Shown: positions 41,139 to 52,368, numbered from the stretch's first letter. The stretch is 64,000 nt of DNA from an uncultured Candidatus Saccharibacteria bacterium (GCA_964402035.1 CAYOAM010000001.1:371558-435557), one strand, 5' to 3'. Notes: generated by a model not told the origin, from the sequence alone. Translations and numbers: made by a program.

Positions 41139-41405
41139 TTACACATAATCGACATCAGTGCCTCGGAGAAACGGTTTTATGCTTTCAGCCGCCACGATGA
41201 GTATACCCGCAGCAAGTGTATACGCAATCGGTACAGGAAAAATATGGTCTGCATTTCCAAAATGTAGATCAAGGACCATCGCAAAAAAGACGATTTCGTA
41301 TGCCGTATAGCGGAATACATAGATACAAGTACACAAAAGCGTCAGCCACCAAGGGCCCACAACGGCGATAGCAAAGAGTGCAATTCCAAAAGCAGTGTGC
41401 TGCAT
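41139..41405 (-). CDS. Small membrane protein in the mreD position
   Basis: 88 aa, hydrophobic, between mreC and mrdA. Confidence 0.55.
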   Translation of the reverse strand: MQHTAFGIALFAIAVVGPWWLTLLCTCIYVFRYTAYEIVFFAMVLDLHFGNADHIFPVPIAYTLAAGILIVAAESIKPFLRGTDVDYV

Positions 41406-41407
41406 AG

Positions 41408-42331
41408 TTATGGTGCTTCCGCCGTCGTCGAAGCTGTTGTTGAAGCGATAGGTAAGCTCTCGATTAGCGTCCCTATGCTCGAAGTTCCTTGCAGATAATG
41501 AGATTTTGTATAGGCAACCATACGTTCGGCCTCTTCAAACGATATCGGCTCAAGTGCCTTTGTATCAATCGCAACAAAGCGCAATGTATTGATCGGTGGT
41601 TGCATTGTGACATACGCATATTGCTCCGGTTTTGATGGATCAACCTCAAGATTTTCAACCAAACCAAAAACGGCGGAAGGTGTTGTCGGTATAACGACAG
41701 GATCCCGTAGGGAGACAGGAACTCCTTGCGGCACTCCGAGCCGTACAACACCACCACCCATCCCCGTACCGTGCACAAAAATATTGGCTCCATATATGTA
41801 CATAGGACTCTTGACGCCCGCGGTCGAAAACAGCACGACAAATGCACTACCCGGAAGCACGCGACCAACCGTACCGATAACTGCGCCATTGCCGTACACC
41901 AAAGCGCCTTCGACGATGCCGTCTGCCGACCCCTGATCAACAACCAATGAATCATACGGTGTTTCATAGGGTCGACGTACGATGTTTGCTACGATCCGTG
42001 ACGAGTTGGCACTACTCGCCATAGGAAACAATTTTTTTTCTTCCGCCAATATACGCACATAGAGTTCGTCAACATGTGCACGTACCAATCGCTCCCGCAG
42101 CTCCTCATTTTCTTGTTGCAGAGCAGCGCGCGAGCGAAAATAAAATGGAATCATCGAATCAGATGTCACGAGCCACACACGCACCACAGAAAGTGGAGCA
42201 ATCACATACGAAGTCAAAAAACTAAGGGGTCCCGAAAAAAAGAATACTCCAATGCACGCAACGGCGACAGCAAAAAACACGTTCCGTCGTGTGCGTGTTG
42301 TTCTAAAACGCTGCTGAGAATTCATTCTCAT
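41408..42331 (-). CDS. mreC: Rod shape-determining protein MreC
   Basis: TM, coiled coil, D.G...GI..G..V......G.V beta domain; synteny. Confidence 0.82.
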   Translation of the reverse strand: MRMNSQQRFRTTRTRRNVFFAVAVACIGVFFFSGPLSFLTSYVIAPLSVVRVWLVTSDSMIPFYFRSRAALQQENEELRERLVRAHVDELYVRILAEEKKLFPMASSANSSRIVANIVRRPYETPYDSLVVDQGSADGIVEGALVYGNGAVIGTVGRVLPGSAFVVLFSTAGVKSPMYIYGANIFVHGTGMGGGVVRLGVPQGVPVSLRDPVVIPTTPSAVFGLVENLEVDPSKPEQYAYVTMQPPINTLRFVAIDTKALEPISFEEAERMVAYTKSHYLQGTSSIGTLIESLPIASTTASTTAEAP

Positions 42332-43373
42332 TATCTATAAGCACTTCAGCATACCGATCCATATGCTCAAGAATTATGCCAGTACCGCGGACGACCGATG
42401 TCAGTGGATCAGGGACCACAATCACCGATACCTGTAACACTTCTTCGAGGAGACCAGCAACTCCCGGTATGAGTGAACCACCACCCGCAAGATAGATACC
42501 GCGCTGCATTATATCAGAGAGGACTTCAGGAGGCGTACGCTCCAATACGTCTCGGACGGCCTCAACAATACTATCGATTGAATGTGATATTGCTTCACGG
42601 ATATCAGCGTCGGTGATCACCACTTCACGCGGTAATCCGGTCACCACATCACGACCACGGACCACTGTCTCACGAGCAGCATCAAGTCTCACGATCGATG
42701 CGAGCAATATCTTTACATCTTCGGCCGTCTTATCCCCGATTAATATTTTAAAGTGATCGCGAATATAACTGGTGACATCATCGTCCAGTGTATCGCCCGC
42801 CACGTGCAAATTTCGGGATACCACGATGCCATTGAGAGAAATAACCGCGATGTCGGTTGTACCACCCCCAATATCAATAATCATATTCCCGACAGGTAAA
42901 TGAACGGGGAGTTTCGCACCGATAGCCGCAGCCATCGGCTCCTCGACAAGAAATACTTCACGCGCGCCGGCATTGCGCGCCGCATCACGTGCCGCCCGCA
43001 TCTCAACGTTCGTAATCCCGGATGGAACACCAATAAGAACACGCGGACCAACGAGTGATCGTGAGTCAGCGCGCACCTTTGCTATTAAATATGCCAGCAA
43101 TTCTTCCGTCATCTCAAAATCTGAAATAACACCATCAACCAGCGGTCGCACTACTGCGATATGGGCTGGTGTGCGTCCCAGCATATTTTTTGCCGCCTTT
43201 CCAACAGCAACCAACTGATCCGTTTTTTTATTGATAGCCACTATGGTGGGCTCGTTGAGAATGATGCCCTTATTCTTTTGATATACGAGGGTGTTTGCCG
43301 TACCAAGATCAATCCCAATATCAGTTGAGATAGTACCTAAAATACGCTGCGCAATTCGCCTAAGCTGAATCAT
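42303..43373 (-). CDS. mreB: Rod shape-determining protein MreB
   Basis: IDLGTANT, EEPMAAAIGA, DIGGGTT, AGGG. Confidence 0.95.
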   Translation of the reverse strand: MIQLRRIAQRILGTISTDIGIDLGTANTLVYQKNKGIILNEPTIVAINKKTDQLVAVGKAAKNMLGRTPAHIAVVRPLVDGVISDFEMTEELLAYLIAKVRADSRSLVGPRVLIGVPSGITNVEMRAARDAARNAGAREVFLVEEPMAAAIGAKLPVHLPVGNMIIDIGGGTTDIAVISLNGIVVSRNLHVAGDTLDDDVTSYIRDHFKILIGDKTAEDVKILLASIVRLDAARETVVRGRDVVTGLPREVVITDADIREAISHSIDSIVEAVRDVLERTPPEVLSDIMQRGIYLAGGGSLIPGVAGLLEEVLQVSVIVVPDPLTSVVRGTGIILEHMDRYAEVLIDNENEFSAAF

Positions 43374-44638
43374 GCTTCCGCCTCGTTACGATCAGGGGTT
43401 AAAAGTGCAAAAAGTTCATCCTCCGTAACAAAAGATACCGCACCTGATTTCCGCTCAACGACTTCAAACTTACCTTCTTCCTTTGTTTTCTTTCCGACAA
43501 CAACTCGGTATGGAAGTCCAATAAGATCACTGTCGGCAAATTTTTCTCCGGGACGAAGATCGCGATTATCGTACAACACTTCTATGCCCGCACTCTTGAG
43601 TGAAGCATAGATGCCGTCAACATAATCCTTCATTTCGGGCTGATCGAGTGATAGTCCTACCAAGTGTACGGTATACGGCGCAAGCGTTGCTGGCCACACT
43701 AATCCCTTTTCATCAGCAAACGTCTCAACGGCGACACCCATGAGTCGTGTAATACCAATACCGAAGCAACCCATGATTGGATACTGTGGAGCACCGGCCC
43801 GATCTTTATACGTGAAATTAAAATCGGTTGGATATTTGATACCTAAATCAAAAATATTACCTACCTCCGACGCCTTCGCGCGGGCCAACGTCCCGTTGTC
43901 GCAGCGCGTACATGCATCACCCTCTTTTTGGTCAGAAATCTCTACGTTTGCGCAGTACGAGCATGAAGAACAATATAAAATGTCATCCTCACCCGCATCA
44001 GTAAGCACCATAAACTCATACGAGAGTTTTTTGGTAAAACTACCACCCGAAGCTTCGGTTGCTTTTGCAATGAGTCCGCATCGTGTATAGACCCGCAAAT
44101 AGGCTTCTTTTGCCTCCGCATAAAATCTATCGAAATCTTCTTGCGTCTCATGAAATGAGTACATGTCTTTCATGGTGAACTCGCGCCCGCGCATGATACC
44201 GGATTTTGCACGCAATTCATCACGATATTTCTGTCCCATCTGATAGATAGCGACTGGCAAGTCTTTGTACGAAGAAATATACTCTTGTGCGATAGGGGTC
44301 ACAATCTCCTCTTCACTTTGCCCGACAGTATATTCTTTTTCGGTGCGACTCTGTATCTTAAAAACAACATCGACACTATCCCATGCGCCAGTTTTTTTCC
44401 ACGGTTCGGACGGATGCAATGTTGCCATGCGCACCTCGATTCCTCCAATAGCGTCCATCTCACTTCGTACTATTGCTTCTATTTTTTCGAGTACACGTCT
44501 GCCAAGTGGCAGATATGAATAGACCCCCGCCATCTCTTTATGAATAAAACCGGCACGGATCAATAGCTGTGCGTTTTTTGAAACTTCATCTTTTGGCGCT
44601 TCGCGCCGAGTCTTTGTAAAGAGTCGAGTCTGTCGCAT
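43370..44638 (-). CDS. proS: Proline--tRNA ligase (short, no editing domain)
   Basis: LLIRAGF, YRDE.R...G.MRGREF.MKD.YSF, MGCFGIG. Confidence 0.95.
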   Translation of the reverse strand: MRQTRLFTKTRREAPKDEVSKNAQLLIRAGFIHKEMAGVYSYLPLGRRVLEKIEAIVRSEMDAIGGIEVRMATLHPSEPWKKTGAWDSVDVVFKIQSRTEKEYTVGQSEEEIVTPIAQEYISSYKDLPVAIYQMGQKYRDELRAKSGIMRGREFTMKDMYSFHETQEDFDRFYAEAKEAYLRVYTRCGLIAKATEASGGSFTKKLSYEFMVLTDAGEDDILYCSSCSYCANVEISDQKEGDACTRCDNGTLARAKASEVGNIFDLGIKYPTDFNFTYKDRAGAPQYPIMGCFGIGITRLMGVAVETFADEKGLVWPATLAPYTVHLVGLSLDQPEMKDYVDGIYASLKSAGIEVLYDNRDLRPGEKFADSDLIGLPYRVVVGKKTKEEGKFEVVERKSGAVSFVTEDELFALLTPDRNEAEA

Positions 44639-44700
44639 ATCGCACTATTGTATAGGCAAAGGAATATGCGGTCAAAAAATCCGTATGTACGCACCAAAAT

Positions 44701-45792
44701 CTACCCGATCAGTCGCACTATATCGTTGTAGGTTACTGCGACCATAAGGAGCATGAGGAGAATAAACCCAAATGCATTAAGGCCATACGCAATTCTTGGT
44801 GCAATTGGCGAACCCTTAACCATCTCAACAATAACCATCAACAACCGTCCTCCATCAAGAGCTGGAAACGGTAGGACATTAATAACCGCCAAATTTAAGG
44901 ATATAAATGCCGTAAACATAATAAGTGACGTGAGGCCAAATGTTGCAGCATCACCCACAAGGCCTGCAATACCAATAGGTCCAGCGACACCTGAAAAATC
45001 TGCCTTAAACCTGACTGCATCGTACGCCAAACTAGCGATTCCAAGTGCAACAGCCTTTATACTTGAAAGCGTATACCCCGCCGCTTCATACATTGCCGTG
45101 TGAATCGGCATCGATGTTGTCTCTAGAAGCCCCATCGTGATACCGAGCACTTTTTTGTTTGGATCGTCAGCAACAAGACCTGCCGCAGACGAAATAGTCT
45201 CCACATGTTCTTTTTGGTTACGGACATAAGTGATGGCAACAGTCTCTTCATCCTGGATAAACGTTGATACCACACTCGGCTTCAAACGATCAGCATCTAC
45301 GCCATCAATGTTTTTTACCGACACAATGCTGTCACCCAACAGCAAACCTGCTTTTGCGGCAGGACTTTCTGGAAGTACCGAAAGTACGGTCAACGTGGCA
45401 TCGGCACTTGCCTCAGACTCATCGACGGCTGTACGTGTACCAACAGTAAACGCTATTGAAAAAAGAAACCATGCGAAAAGTACATTCATGGAAACACCTG
45501 CTATGAGCACGGCGATTTGTGCCAGAAAAGGGCGGTTGCCAAAAGCACGAACGCTATCTACATCTCCAGCAGCGGCATCTGCATCCTCCCCGTAGATTTT
45601 TACAAAGCCACCCAATGGAACAGCATTGAGTGTATAGACGGTCTCCCCTCTCTTCATACCAAATAAACGCGGTGGAAAACCAATACCAAATTCATCAACG
45701 CGCATGCCCGTCTTTTTTGCCACAATAAAATGACCGAACTCATGGACGAGCACTAGGACAAACAGCACTGCAATAAAAATAAGTGCGCTCAT
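44701..45792 (-). CDS. rseP: RIP metalloprotease RseP
   Basis: HEFGH, PDZ domain, N.LP.PALDGG. Confidence 0.93.
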   Translation of the reverse strand: MSALIFIAVLFVLVLVHEFGHFIVAKKTGMRVDEFGIGFPPRLFGMKRGETVYTLNAVPLGGFVKIYGEDADAAAGDVDSVRAFGNRPFLAQIAVLIAGVSMNVLFAWFLFSIAFTVGTRTAVDESEASADATLTVLSVLPESPAAKAGLLLGDSIVSVKNIDGVDADRLKPSVVSTFIQDEETVAITYVRNQKEHVETISSAAGLVADDPNKKVLGITMGLLETTSMPIHTAMYEAAGYTLSSIKAVALGIASLAYDAVRFKADFSGVAGPIGIAGLVGDAATFGLTSLIMFTAFISLNLAVINVLPFPALDGGRLLMVIVEMVKGSPIAPRIAYGLNAFGFILLMLLMVAVTYNDIVRLIG

Positions 45793-45797
45793 AATGG

Positions 45798-46349
45798 TTA
45801 TTGCTGTATTTCAGCTTCTTTACGTACCAACATATCATCGAGCGTCAGATTTCCTGCATCGATTCTTTTTTGCACACCCTCCTTGCACGCAAACTTTTCA
45901 TCTTCACTCATATCTCCACCTTTTTCTTTAGCATCGATATCTTTCATCACTTCATCACGAGATTTTCGCAGCGCTACACGCGCTTCTTCGAGTTTTGCTT
46001 TTGCAACCTTGAGTAGTTGCACCCTGCGCTCACTCGTAAGCTCCGGGAAAACGACGCGAATACCTTTGTCGTCCGTGACAACCGAGAGACCAAGATTTGC
46101 GTCCACAATAGCCTTTTCAATAGCTTTGATTTGATTTTTATCCCACGGTGATATACGAAGTGTACGAGCATCTTCGGTTCCAACTGAGCCTACTTGCTGC
46201 AGAGGCACTTTTGTCCCGTACGACTCCACATGCACCATATCGAGTAGTGTTGGTGTTGCACGACCTGTTCTGATGGAGGTAAACTCACGTGTCAACCATT
46301 CAGTAGTCTCTCTAATACGTCCCTCAAATGGTTTAAAATCATACGCCAT
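45798..46349 (-). CDS. frr: Ribosome recycling factor
   Basis: IRTGRA, PELTSERR. Confidence 0.95.
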   Translation of the reverse strand: MAYDFKPFEGRIRETTEWLTREFTSIRTGRATPTLLDMVHVESYGTKVPLQQVGSVGTEDARTLRISPWDKNQIKAIEKAIVDANLGLSVVTDDKGIRVVFPELTSERRVQLLKVAKAKLEEARVALRKSRDEVMKDIDAKEKGGDMSEDEKFACKEGVQKRIDAGNLTLDDMLVRKEAEIQQ

Positions 46350-46386
46350 ACCTTATGATAGCTTTACTACGGGCGCGACGCAAGAA

Positions 46387-47013
46387 TTAACGTTGTATGG
46401 GTAGCGCAAGTGAAAGATGCTCAAGCAACATCTTTACCGATGATCCTCGAGCGAGAAAATGCCGCGAAACCACCGCAAGATCCCTAAGCACCGCGGTATG
46501 CATGGACGCATGAAAGATTTCTTCAAGCGAAGAAATGAGTTCACCACACCACGCCATATCCTTTGCCTTATGCCGACGAGCTATTTCTTCAAATCGTTGT
46601 GCATATGACAGCGCCAAAAAATCGGATGCCACGCGATGCTCTATTCGTGTATGCAAAAGACGGACCACTTCAAAACGAGAACGTAACGTAGGGAGGATGC
46701 GATCATCGCGGTCGATCGAAAGCACAAATGCACTCGTCAGCGGAGGATCTTCAAAAAGTTTCAAAAGTGCGTTCTGCGCCTCATGTGTGACGTTGTCAGT
46801 ACGGATAACAAATACGCGATACGGCCTAACTACGGGTCGCTGATACGCGTACTGTTGCAGTGCCCGCACTTCCTCAATGCCAAATACCGTATAAACAAAC
46901 GCTTGGTAGTCAGGATTTCCTACCGTATCCTCGTCCACTATGCCATGCAGACTTGATGCCTTTTGTTGGGCAGCTTCCCAGGATCCTACAAGTAGATATG
47001 CATGATGCGCCAT
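46387..47013 (-). CDS. holB: DNA polymerase III delta' subunit (reduced)
   Basis: HAYL, EAQNALLKLFEDPP, ILPTLRSR. Confidence 0.8.
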   Translation of the reverse strand: MAHHAYLLVGSWEAAQQKASSLHGIVDEDTVGNPDYQAFVYTVFGIEEVRALQQYAYQRPVVRPYRVFVIRTDNVTHEAQNALLKLFEDPPLTSAFVLSIDRDDRILPTLRSRFEVVRLLHTRIEHRVASDFLALSYAQRFEEIARRHKAKDMAWCGELISSLEEIFHASMHTAVLRDLAVVSRHFLARGSSVKMLLEHLSLALPIQR

Positions 47014-47042
47014 ACACTAGCAGTATACCGTCACCAAAGCAG

Positions 47043-48479
47043 TTACGCAGCTTGCTGCATACCAGCCATCACAACACGACGCACAAAATGTTCAACAAGC
47101 TCACGTTCAATCGGCAGTAGTTTGTATGCATCGCGCCACGCTCGCAGATTTTCACCGACATTATTAAACGTCTCAGGACGGATTTCTTTTGGAATAGTGC
47201 CATCATTATGGAGCAAGTCTTCAATCATGATATGTCGTACCGCAATCCAATCGGGATGCTGCGTGCCCGACTGCCCACCGATGCCGAGGAAACCTGTGGT
47301 ACCTAACCAACGCGTAAGCAAATCATTGAGACCTTTTGTCACCTCAGGGGCCAACAGCGGATCGATCGGTGTACTTTCTCTGAGCACTGCAGCATTTGCA
47401 TCACCCACATTCTTTTGCTTTTCAGTTAGAATGCTCCCTGCGGTCACTACACCAGAAGCAGGAGCACGGGGCACTGCTACTGGTGCAGACGGAACAGCAT
47501 CTGGTCTTGGAATTGATGGCGTCGTCACCGCTTCATTACTCTGTTTATTGATCACGATGTCGAGTGGTGCATCGACATGCTTACTGGTGCCATAATTGGT
47601 CGGCGCAGAAACATCGACTGGTGGAGGTGGAGGGACAGCAGCCTCCACAACTGGCTTAGTGAGAATTGAGACACGCGCTTTCAGAACGGCAGGCGGAGGG
47701 ACGGATGCTGCTGCCGATGGAGGAGTGGTTTCTGGCTTCGGCACATGACTATCTTTTCCCACAACCATACGTACTGATTCCGCTTGTTTTTTCAAACCCT
47801 CCAAACGCTGCTCTAAAGCAGGTATATCAATACCTGCAGTTATTGATGCAAGTGCCGCTCGAATCTCAAGCAACTCTTTTACATACTCGCGATACCCAGT
47901 CGTCGTATCATTGAGCCACTGAAATGCTCTTCCACGTCCAAATGCAATGAGCTCATCGTTTGTCTTTTCGAGCCGAGTGCGCAAGGCCTGTATTGCAGTA
48001 TCCACTCCTGTGCCCGCCGAAGTTTCCGACACTGCTACTACGGGTTCGGCTTGAGGTACTGGCACGGGCGCTGAAGTAACCGAAGCCGCAACGGGTGCTC
48101 CAAAATCAGGTCCTCGCTTTCGCGGAGCAGAAACGACCGCATCTACAGACGATCGTGCGGGGTCGACTGACTGGACTTCTATCTTTTTTGATACGACAAC
48201 AGGAGCAGGTGCGTCAGGTGTAGTAGGCGCAGATGCAGGTTGTGTGGCTGGAAGCGCTGCCACAGGAACAAGAAAGTGGGCAAGCGTTTTTAATTGTGCG
48301 TCAACATGAGCAGGAGTTCCACCTCCTCGCGCAAGCTGCATAAGTTCATCACGAAGTGTATTGTACGCCGCACGCTCAACATCATTAAAAGAAGCAGATG
48401 CTTTCTGAAGCGTCACAAACATACGCGCACGATCGGCAGCATTTTTTATATCAAAATTCTGAGGAGCATTTCCGTTCAT
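47043..48479 (-). CDS. Hypothetical Pro/Ala-rich protein
   Basis: 478-aa ORF; helical blocks separated by PAPV-rich linkers. Confidence 0.7.
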   Translation of the reverse strand: MNGNAPQNFDIKNAADRARMFVTLQKASASFNDVERAAYNTLRDELMQLARGGGTPAHVDAQLKTLAHFLVPVAALPATQPASAPTTPDAPAPVVVSKKIEVQSVDPARSSVDAVVSAPRKRGPDFGAPVAASVTSAPVPVPQAEPVVAVSETSAGTGVDTAIQALRTRLEKTNDELIAFGRGRAFQWLNDTTTGYREYVKELLEIRAALASITAGIDIPALEQRLEGLKKQAESVRMVVGKDSHVPKPETTPPSAAASVPPPAVLKARVSILTKPVVEAAVPPPPPVDVSAPTNYGTSKHVDAPLDIVINKQSNEAVTTPSIPRPDAVPSAPVAVPRAPASGVVTAGSILTEKQKNVGDANAAVLRESTPIDPLLAPEVTKGLNDLLTRWLGTTGFLGIGGQSGTQHPDWIAVRHIMIEDLLHNDGTIPKEIRPETFNNVGENLRAWRDAYKLLPIERELVEHFVRRVVMAGMQQAA

Positions 48480-48523
48480 ACGATACCACTACTATAGCAT
48501 CACCCAAATCGGCAACCGAGATG

Positions 48524-51262
48524 TCATCGTTGATAACGTGCTTGAATATCATTTTCAATAGCAGCTCGTTCTTTTCCGTACCGCACGTACGACGCGTTCA
48601 TGAGCGCCTCAATACGGTGAGCGTCACCAACAACAGGAGGAAATGTAGCGATGGAAAATGGTTTTGCCGGCACTCCCTCGACCAACATGCGTACGTATGC
48701 ATGTCTGTTTTCTATGTGCATCAAATCATGCGCTTTAAACTCTGGTGCAAATTGCTTTTCCAAAAATTCAGCGTCAGCAGAACCGACACGAAACGCACAG
48801 ATTGAACCCACGTTGCCAAAAACCGCATCACGAATTTTTTCATCTATTTGCGCTATAAACTGGTGTGCTATTGTGAGCCCAAGCTTGTATTTGCGCGCCT
48901 CAGAGAGAATCGATGCGATCGAGTTTGTGGTGATATTTTGAAACTCATCGATGTGGAGATAAAACGGTGCGTAGTCGCCCGATCGATCATCGACGCGTGA
49001 GAGCGCAGCCATGAGTATTTTTCCGACAATGATCATACCGATGAGGTTCGCATTGATTTCTCCCAAACGCCCCTTGGAGAGATTTACCAATAAAATTTTC
49101 TTACTGTCCATCACTTCACGCATATTAAATGCAGATGTTTGTTGACCAATGATCGGACGCATAAAATCGTTTGCGGTAAAGATATCAAACTTGGAGGTGA
49201 TATACGGCACCATATTTTCAAGCGCAGCATCTCCGCCGGCCTTGGTCGCAATTTCTTTCCAAAACTGGATGACGACGGGATTTGTCGCTTTGCTCAATTT
49301 GAGACGACGAAATTCGGCATCAGCCATGACGCGAGAGACATCGAGCAAAGTTGAACCACTTTGAGGATCATCAAGGACGAGCATGGTGGCGTTTCTAAAA
49401 TACTGTTCAAATATCGGACCCATTGATTCCGGTACCGCGCCATACAATTTTTGAAAAATTGAAAAAAGTTCGTTGACAACAAACGTTTTCTGCTCGGGAA
49501 ATTGCGGATCGTACTCGAGCATGTTGAGTCCGAGCACATGTTCCGTGTGCGCAGGATCAAAATAGATAATATCTTTTTCTCGCTCAGGGGGAACAGCAGC
49601 CAATACATCTGCAATATCGGTACCGTGTGGGTCAATAAAGCACACGCCTGCCCCATTTTTCATGTCGTCAATCACCATGTTTTTGAGCAATACCGATTTT
49701 CCCGTACCGGTCTGCCCCACGACATAAAAATGTCGCAGACGATCTTGTGGCGAAATATAAATATCAGTTTCTTTGCCACGATGTGAATTTTTTCCAATGC
49801 GCGTCCCTTGCTGCGGCATTACGATCGGTGCGGGAGCAGTTTTTGCTTGCACCTGTTTAAATTGTGGCGCAAGTTCATTGCTACCACGCGGTATATGGAT
49901 GAGTGTTGCAATTTCGCGCTCAGACAGTGGCAGTGCATACTCGTCTGCAAACTCACGAAATGAGAATCGTTGTAGTTCGCGCGTGCTCGTCCGACCCTTG
50001 AGCGTAGAAAAAGAAATACTATTTCCCATGGTGTGTTCAAACTGATTGAACGCCGCCTCTATTTCATGGACGAGCTGCTGCGCACGTGCTTCTTCCTTTG
50101 CTGAAATAGCGATACGTATCACCACCTCATGAATGGGTCGTTCAATCTTCTTTTGAAACAATTCGAGTTTCTCTTGCGGTATATCGTGCTTCTCTTTCTC
50201 CTCTTCTTTTTTCTTTGAGCTAAACAATTCATCCTGCACAAAGTGTAGGACGCTACCAAACATGGTCGACTGCTCTATCGCCTTGTCAACCGAGGTACCT
50301 TTCCGCACTTTTTTTATAATATCCTCGTACTTTTTTTGATAATCAAATGGACGAGGACGCACTAGTATCTGGAGCGATGCTCCGCCTCCCTCGCGTTCTA
50401 TTTTTGAAAACGCATTCAAGAGAACTCGCAATGGGTCATGGTCAAATGTATCGTACGTCCGTATCGGATAAATCGGAAACTTCTTGAGCTTCGCCACTGA
50501 GACGAGCGAAATTCCACCTTCAGAAAAAATATTGTAGTCATTTTTCTCTTCAGTCAAAACGGCATGTGGAAAAAGTGAGAGTAGCTGTTTTTCAAAAAGG
50601 TCAATGTACTGCGTTGGTACCGCCATATAAAAAACAATGTCGTCACTCTTGTCGGAGACCGCAATTTCGAGCGAATAATGAAAGTGCTGTTTGCGATCAC
50701 CCTTGCCAATGGTCTGGAGTCCCGCAAACAATTGCTCCATCGCCGATATGATAGCCGTCAATTCTTGCGCTTCTTCTTTTTCATCGGGAGATTCTGGGAG
50801 CGACACCGAAAACAATGTCATATGGAGAATATTCCACTCAGGTGCTCCGTCTTTGAAATTTGCAACATGCTTGCCGGTGCGGATATGCGCTACGAGTGCG
50901 CGATGCGCCTCATCGATAATAAATGAGTTTCGTGTTCGCTCAAGCACCGAAAGCGCATTGCGGATACCATAGTCTTCGGCAAGATGTATAACTTCCTCAA
51001 CCTTGTTGCGCGCCACGCTAACCTGCTCTGCAAGTCCGACCGTGAGTGCTGGCGAGAGTCTGCGATCCTCGGGCAAGACGGCGCTCGGTTCATGTTCACC
51101 ATATTCACGCAAAGCGGCCTTGCCCAAGGTCTCATAGTCTGCCGTATCGCCATTCCCTTGCCGCTCCATCATTGTACGTTCACGCTTTGCTATTTCTGCG
51201 CGCAAATACGCAATCTCTGCTTCAGGAGACCCAAAACTCTTCGGTTGTGGCCGCTCACTCAT
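48524..51262 (-). CDS. VirB4/TraG/HerA-like P-loop ATPase
   Basis: RH.Y.VGQTGTGKS, IDPHG, IDEFQN, EARKY.L.L..AHQ. Confidence 0.85.
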   Translation of the reverse strand: MSERPQPKSFGSPEAEIAYLRAEIAKRERTMMERQGNGDTADYETLGKAALREYGEHEPSAVLPEDRRLSPALTVGLAEQVSVARNKVEEVIHLAEDYGIRNALSVLERTRNSFIIDEAHRALVAHIRTGKHVANFKDGAPEWNILHMTLFSVSLPESPDEKEEAQELTAIISAMEQLFAGLQTIGKGDRKQHFHYSLEIAVSDKSDDIVFYMAVPTQYIDLFEKQLLSLFPHAVLTEEKNDYNIFSEGGISLVSVAKLKKFPIYPIRTYDTFDHDPLRVLLNAFSKIEREGGGASLQILVRPRPFDYQKKYEDIIKKVRKGTSVDKAIEQSTMFGSVLHFVQDELFSSKKKEEEKEKHDIPQEKLELFQKKIERPIHEVVIRIAISAKEEARAQQLVHEIEAAFNQFEHTMGNSISFSTLKGRTSTRELQRFSFREFADEYALPLSEREIATLIHIPRGSNELAPQFKQVQAKTAPAPIVMPQQGTRIGKNSHRGKETDIYISPQDRLRHFYVVGQTGTGKSVLLKNMVIDDMKNGAGVCFIDPHGTDIADVLAAVPPEREKDIIYFDPAHTEHVLGLNMLEYDPQFPEQKTFVVNELFSIFQKLYGAVPESMGPIFEQYFRNATMLVLDDPQSGSTLLDVSRVMADAEFRRLKLSKATNPVVIQFWKEIATKAGGDAALENMVPYITSKFDIFTANDFMRPIIGQQTSAFNMREVMDSKKILLVNLSKGRLGEINANLIGMIIVGKILMAALSRVDDRSGDYAPFYLHIDEFQNITTNSIASILSEARKYKLGLTIAHQFIAQIDEKIRDAVFGNVGSICAFRVGSADAEFLEKQFAPEFKAHDLMHIENRHAYVRMLVEGVPAKPFSIATFPPVVGDAHRIEALMNASYVRYGKERAAIENDIQARYQR

Positions 51263-51357
51263 AGTAGCTTCATCGTACTTGATCTCGCCTACCGCTAGAA
51301 GTGTTTCCGTCCACAGGCCATATCACACAAGAAGGTTGTTGCGCAGCAATCGTCCAA

Positions 51358-52368
51358 TTATTGCTTAGAAACAATACTACGTTTATAAGTATCCAAATGC
51401 TCAAGCGCAATGCCAGTACCTTTTGCGACACAGTAGAGCGCATTGTCCGCAAGAATTGCTTTTACACCGGTACGACGACGTACGAGCTCGGGAAAATTGC
51501 GGAGTTGCGATGTACCTCCCGTCATAATGATGCCTTTATCAATAATATCTGACGCAAGTTCTGGTGGTGTTTCTTGAAATACATCCTTGATTGCTCGCAC
51601 CATGTCACGCAACTCGCGCGAGATAGCACGCACGATTTCATTTGTCTTGATTTCAACCGTACGTGGAAGTCCCGTCAGCAAATCGCGACCTTTGACTTGC
51701 ATCACCAACTCTTCTTCAAGTGGCAACGCTGATCCAATATTTATTTTTACTTCCTCCGCAGTCTTGTCTCCGATTGCAAGGTTGGCACTTTTTTTAACAT
51801 AGTCGATGATGGCGTGATCAATATGATTTCCTGCACACTTCACCGAGTTTGCCGCGACAATACCGCCAAGTGAAATAACCGCAACGTCGATCGTTCCGCC
51901 TCCGACATCGACGATCATGTGCCCACGCGGCTCATATATAGGTATGCCAGCTCCAATTGCGGCGAGGATCGGCTCTTTGACCACATAGGCATTGCGAGCT
52001 CCGACATTCATCGCCGCCTCGACCACAGCACGCTTTTCAGTCGAAGAAACTCCAGCAGGTACCGACACCATGACATCCGGCTTAAATATCGAATACGGTC
52101 CAAGAGCTTTGCGGAGAAAATACCGCAACATCGCCTCAGTCACGCGATAGTCTGCGATGACGCCATCTTTCATCGGACGATACGCACGAATATTTTCTGG
52201 CGTCCGACCCACCATCTCTTTTGCCTCCGCGCCCACAGCAAGGATTTTTTTATCATCAGATATCGCCACAACCGAGGGTTCATTGAGTACAATCCCCCGC
52301 CCAGGGATAAAGACGAGCACATTAGTTGTACCCAAATCAATACCAACTTTTGGAGTGAAATAAGACAT
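51358..52368 (-). CDS. mreB: MreB/Mbl paralogue
   Basis: IDLGTTN, KEPILAAIGAG, DVGGGT, TGG. Confidence 0.92.
   Translation of the reverse strand: MSYFTPKVGIDLGTTNVLVFIPGRGIVLNEPSVVAISDDKKILAVGAEAKEMVGRTPENIRAYRPMKDGVIADYRVTEAMLRYFLRKALGPYSIFKPDVMVSVPAGVSSTEKRAVVEAAMNVGARNAYVVKEPILAAIGAGIPIYEPRGHMIVDVGGGTIDVAVISLGGIVAANSVKCAGNHIDHAIIDYVKKSANLAIGDKTAEEVKINIGSALPLEEELVMQVKGRDLLTGLPRTVEIKTNEIVRAISRELRDMVRAIKDVFQETPPELASDIIDKGIIMTGGTSQLRNFPELVRRRTGVKAILADNALYCVAKGTGIALEHLDTYKRSIVSKQ

Noticed and set aside
48524-51262. Integrative conjugative element
   Set aside because: No relaxase, integrase or other VirB genes; embedded among core genes
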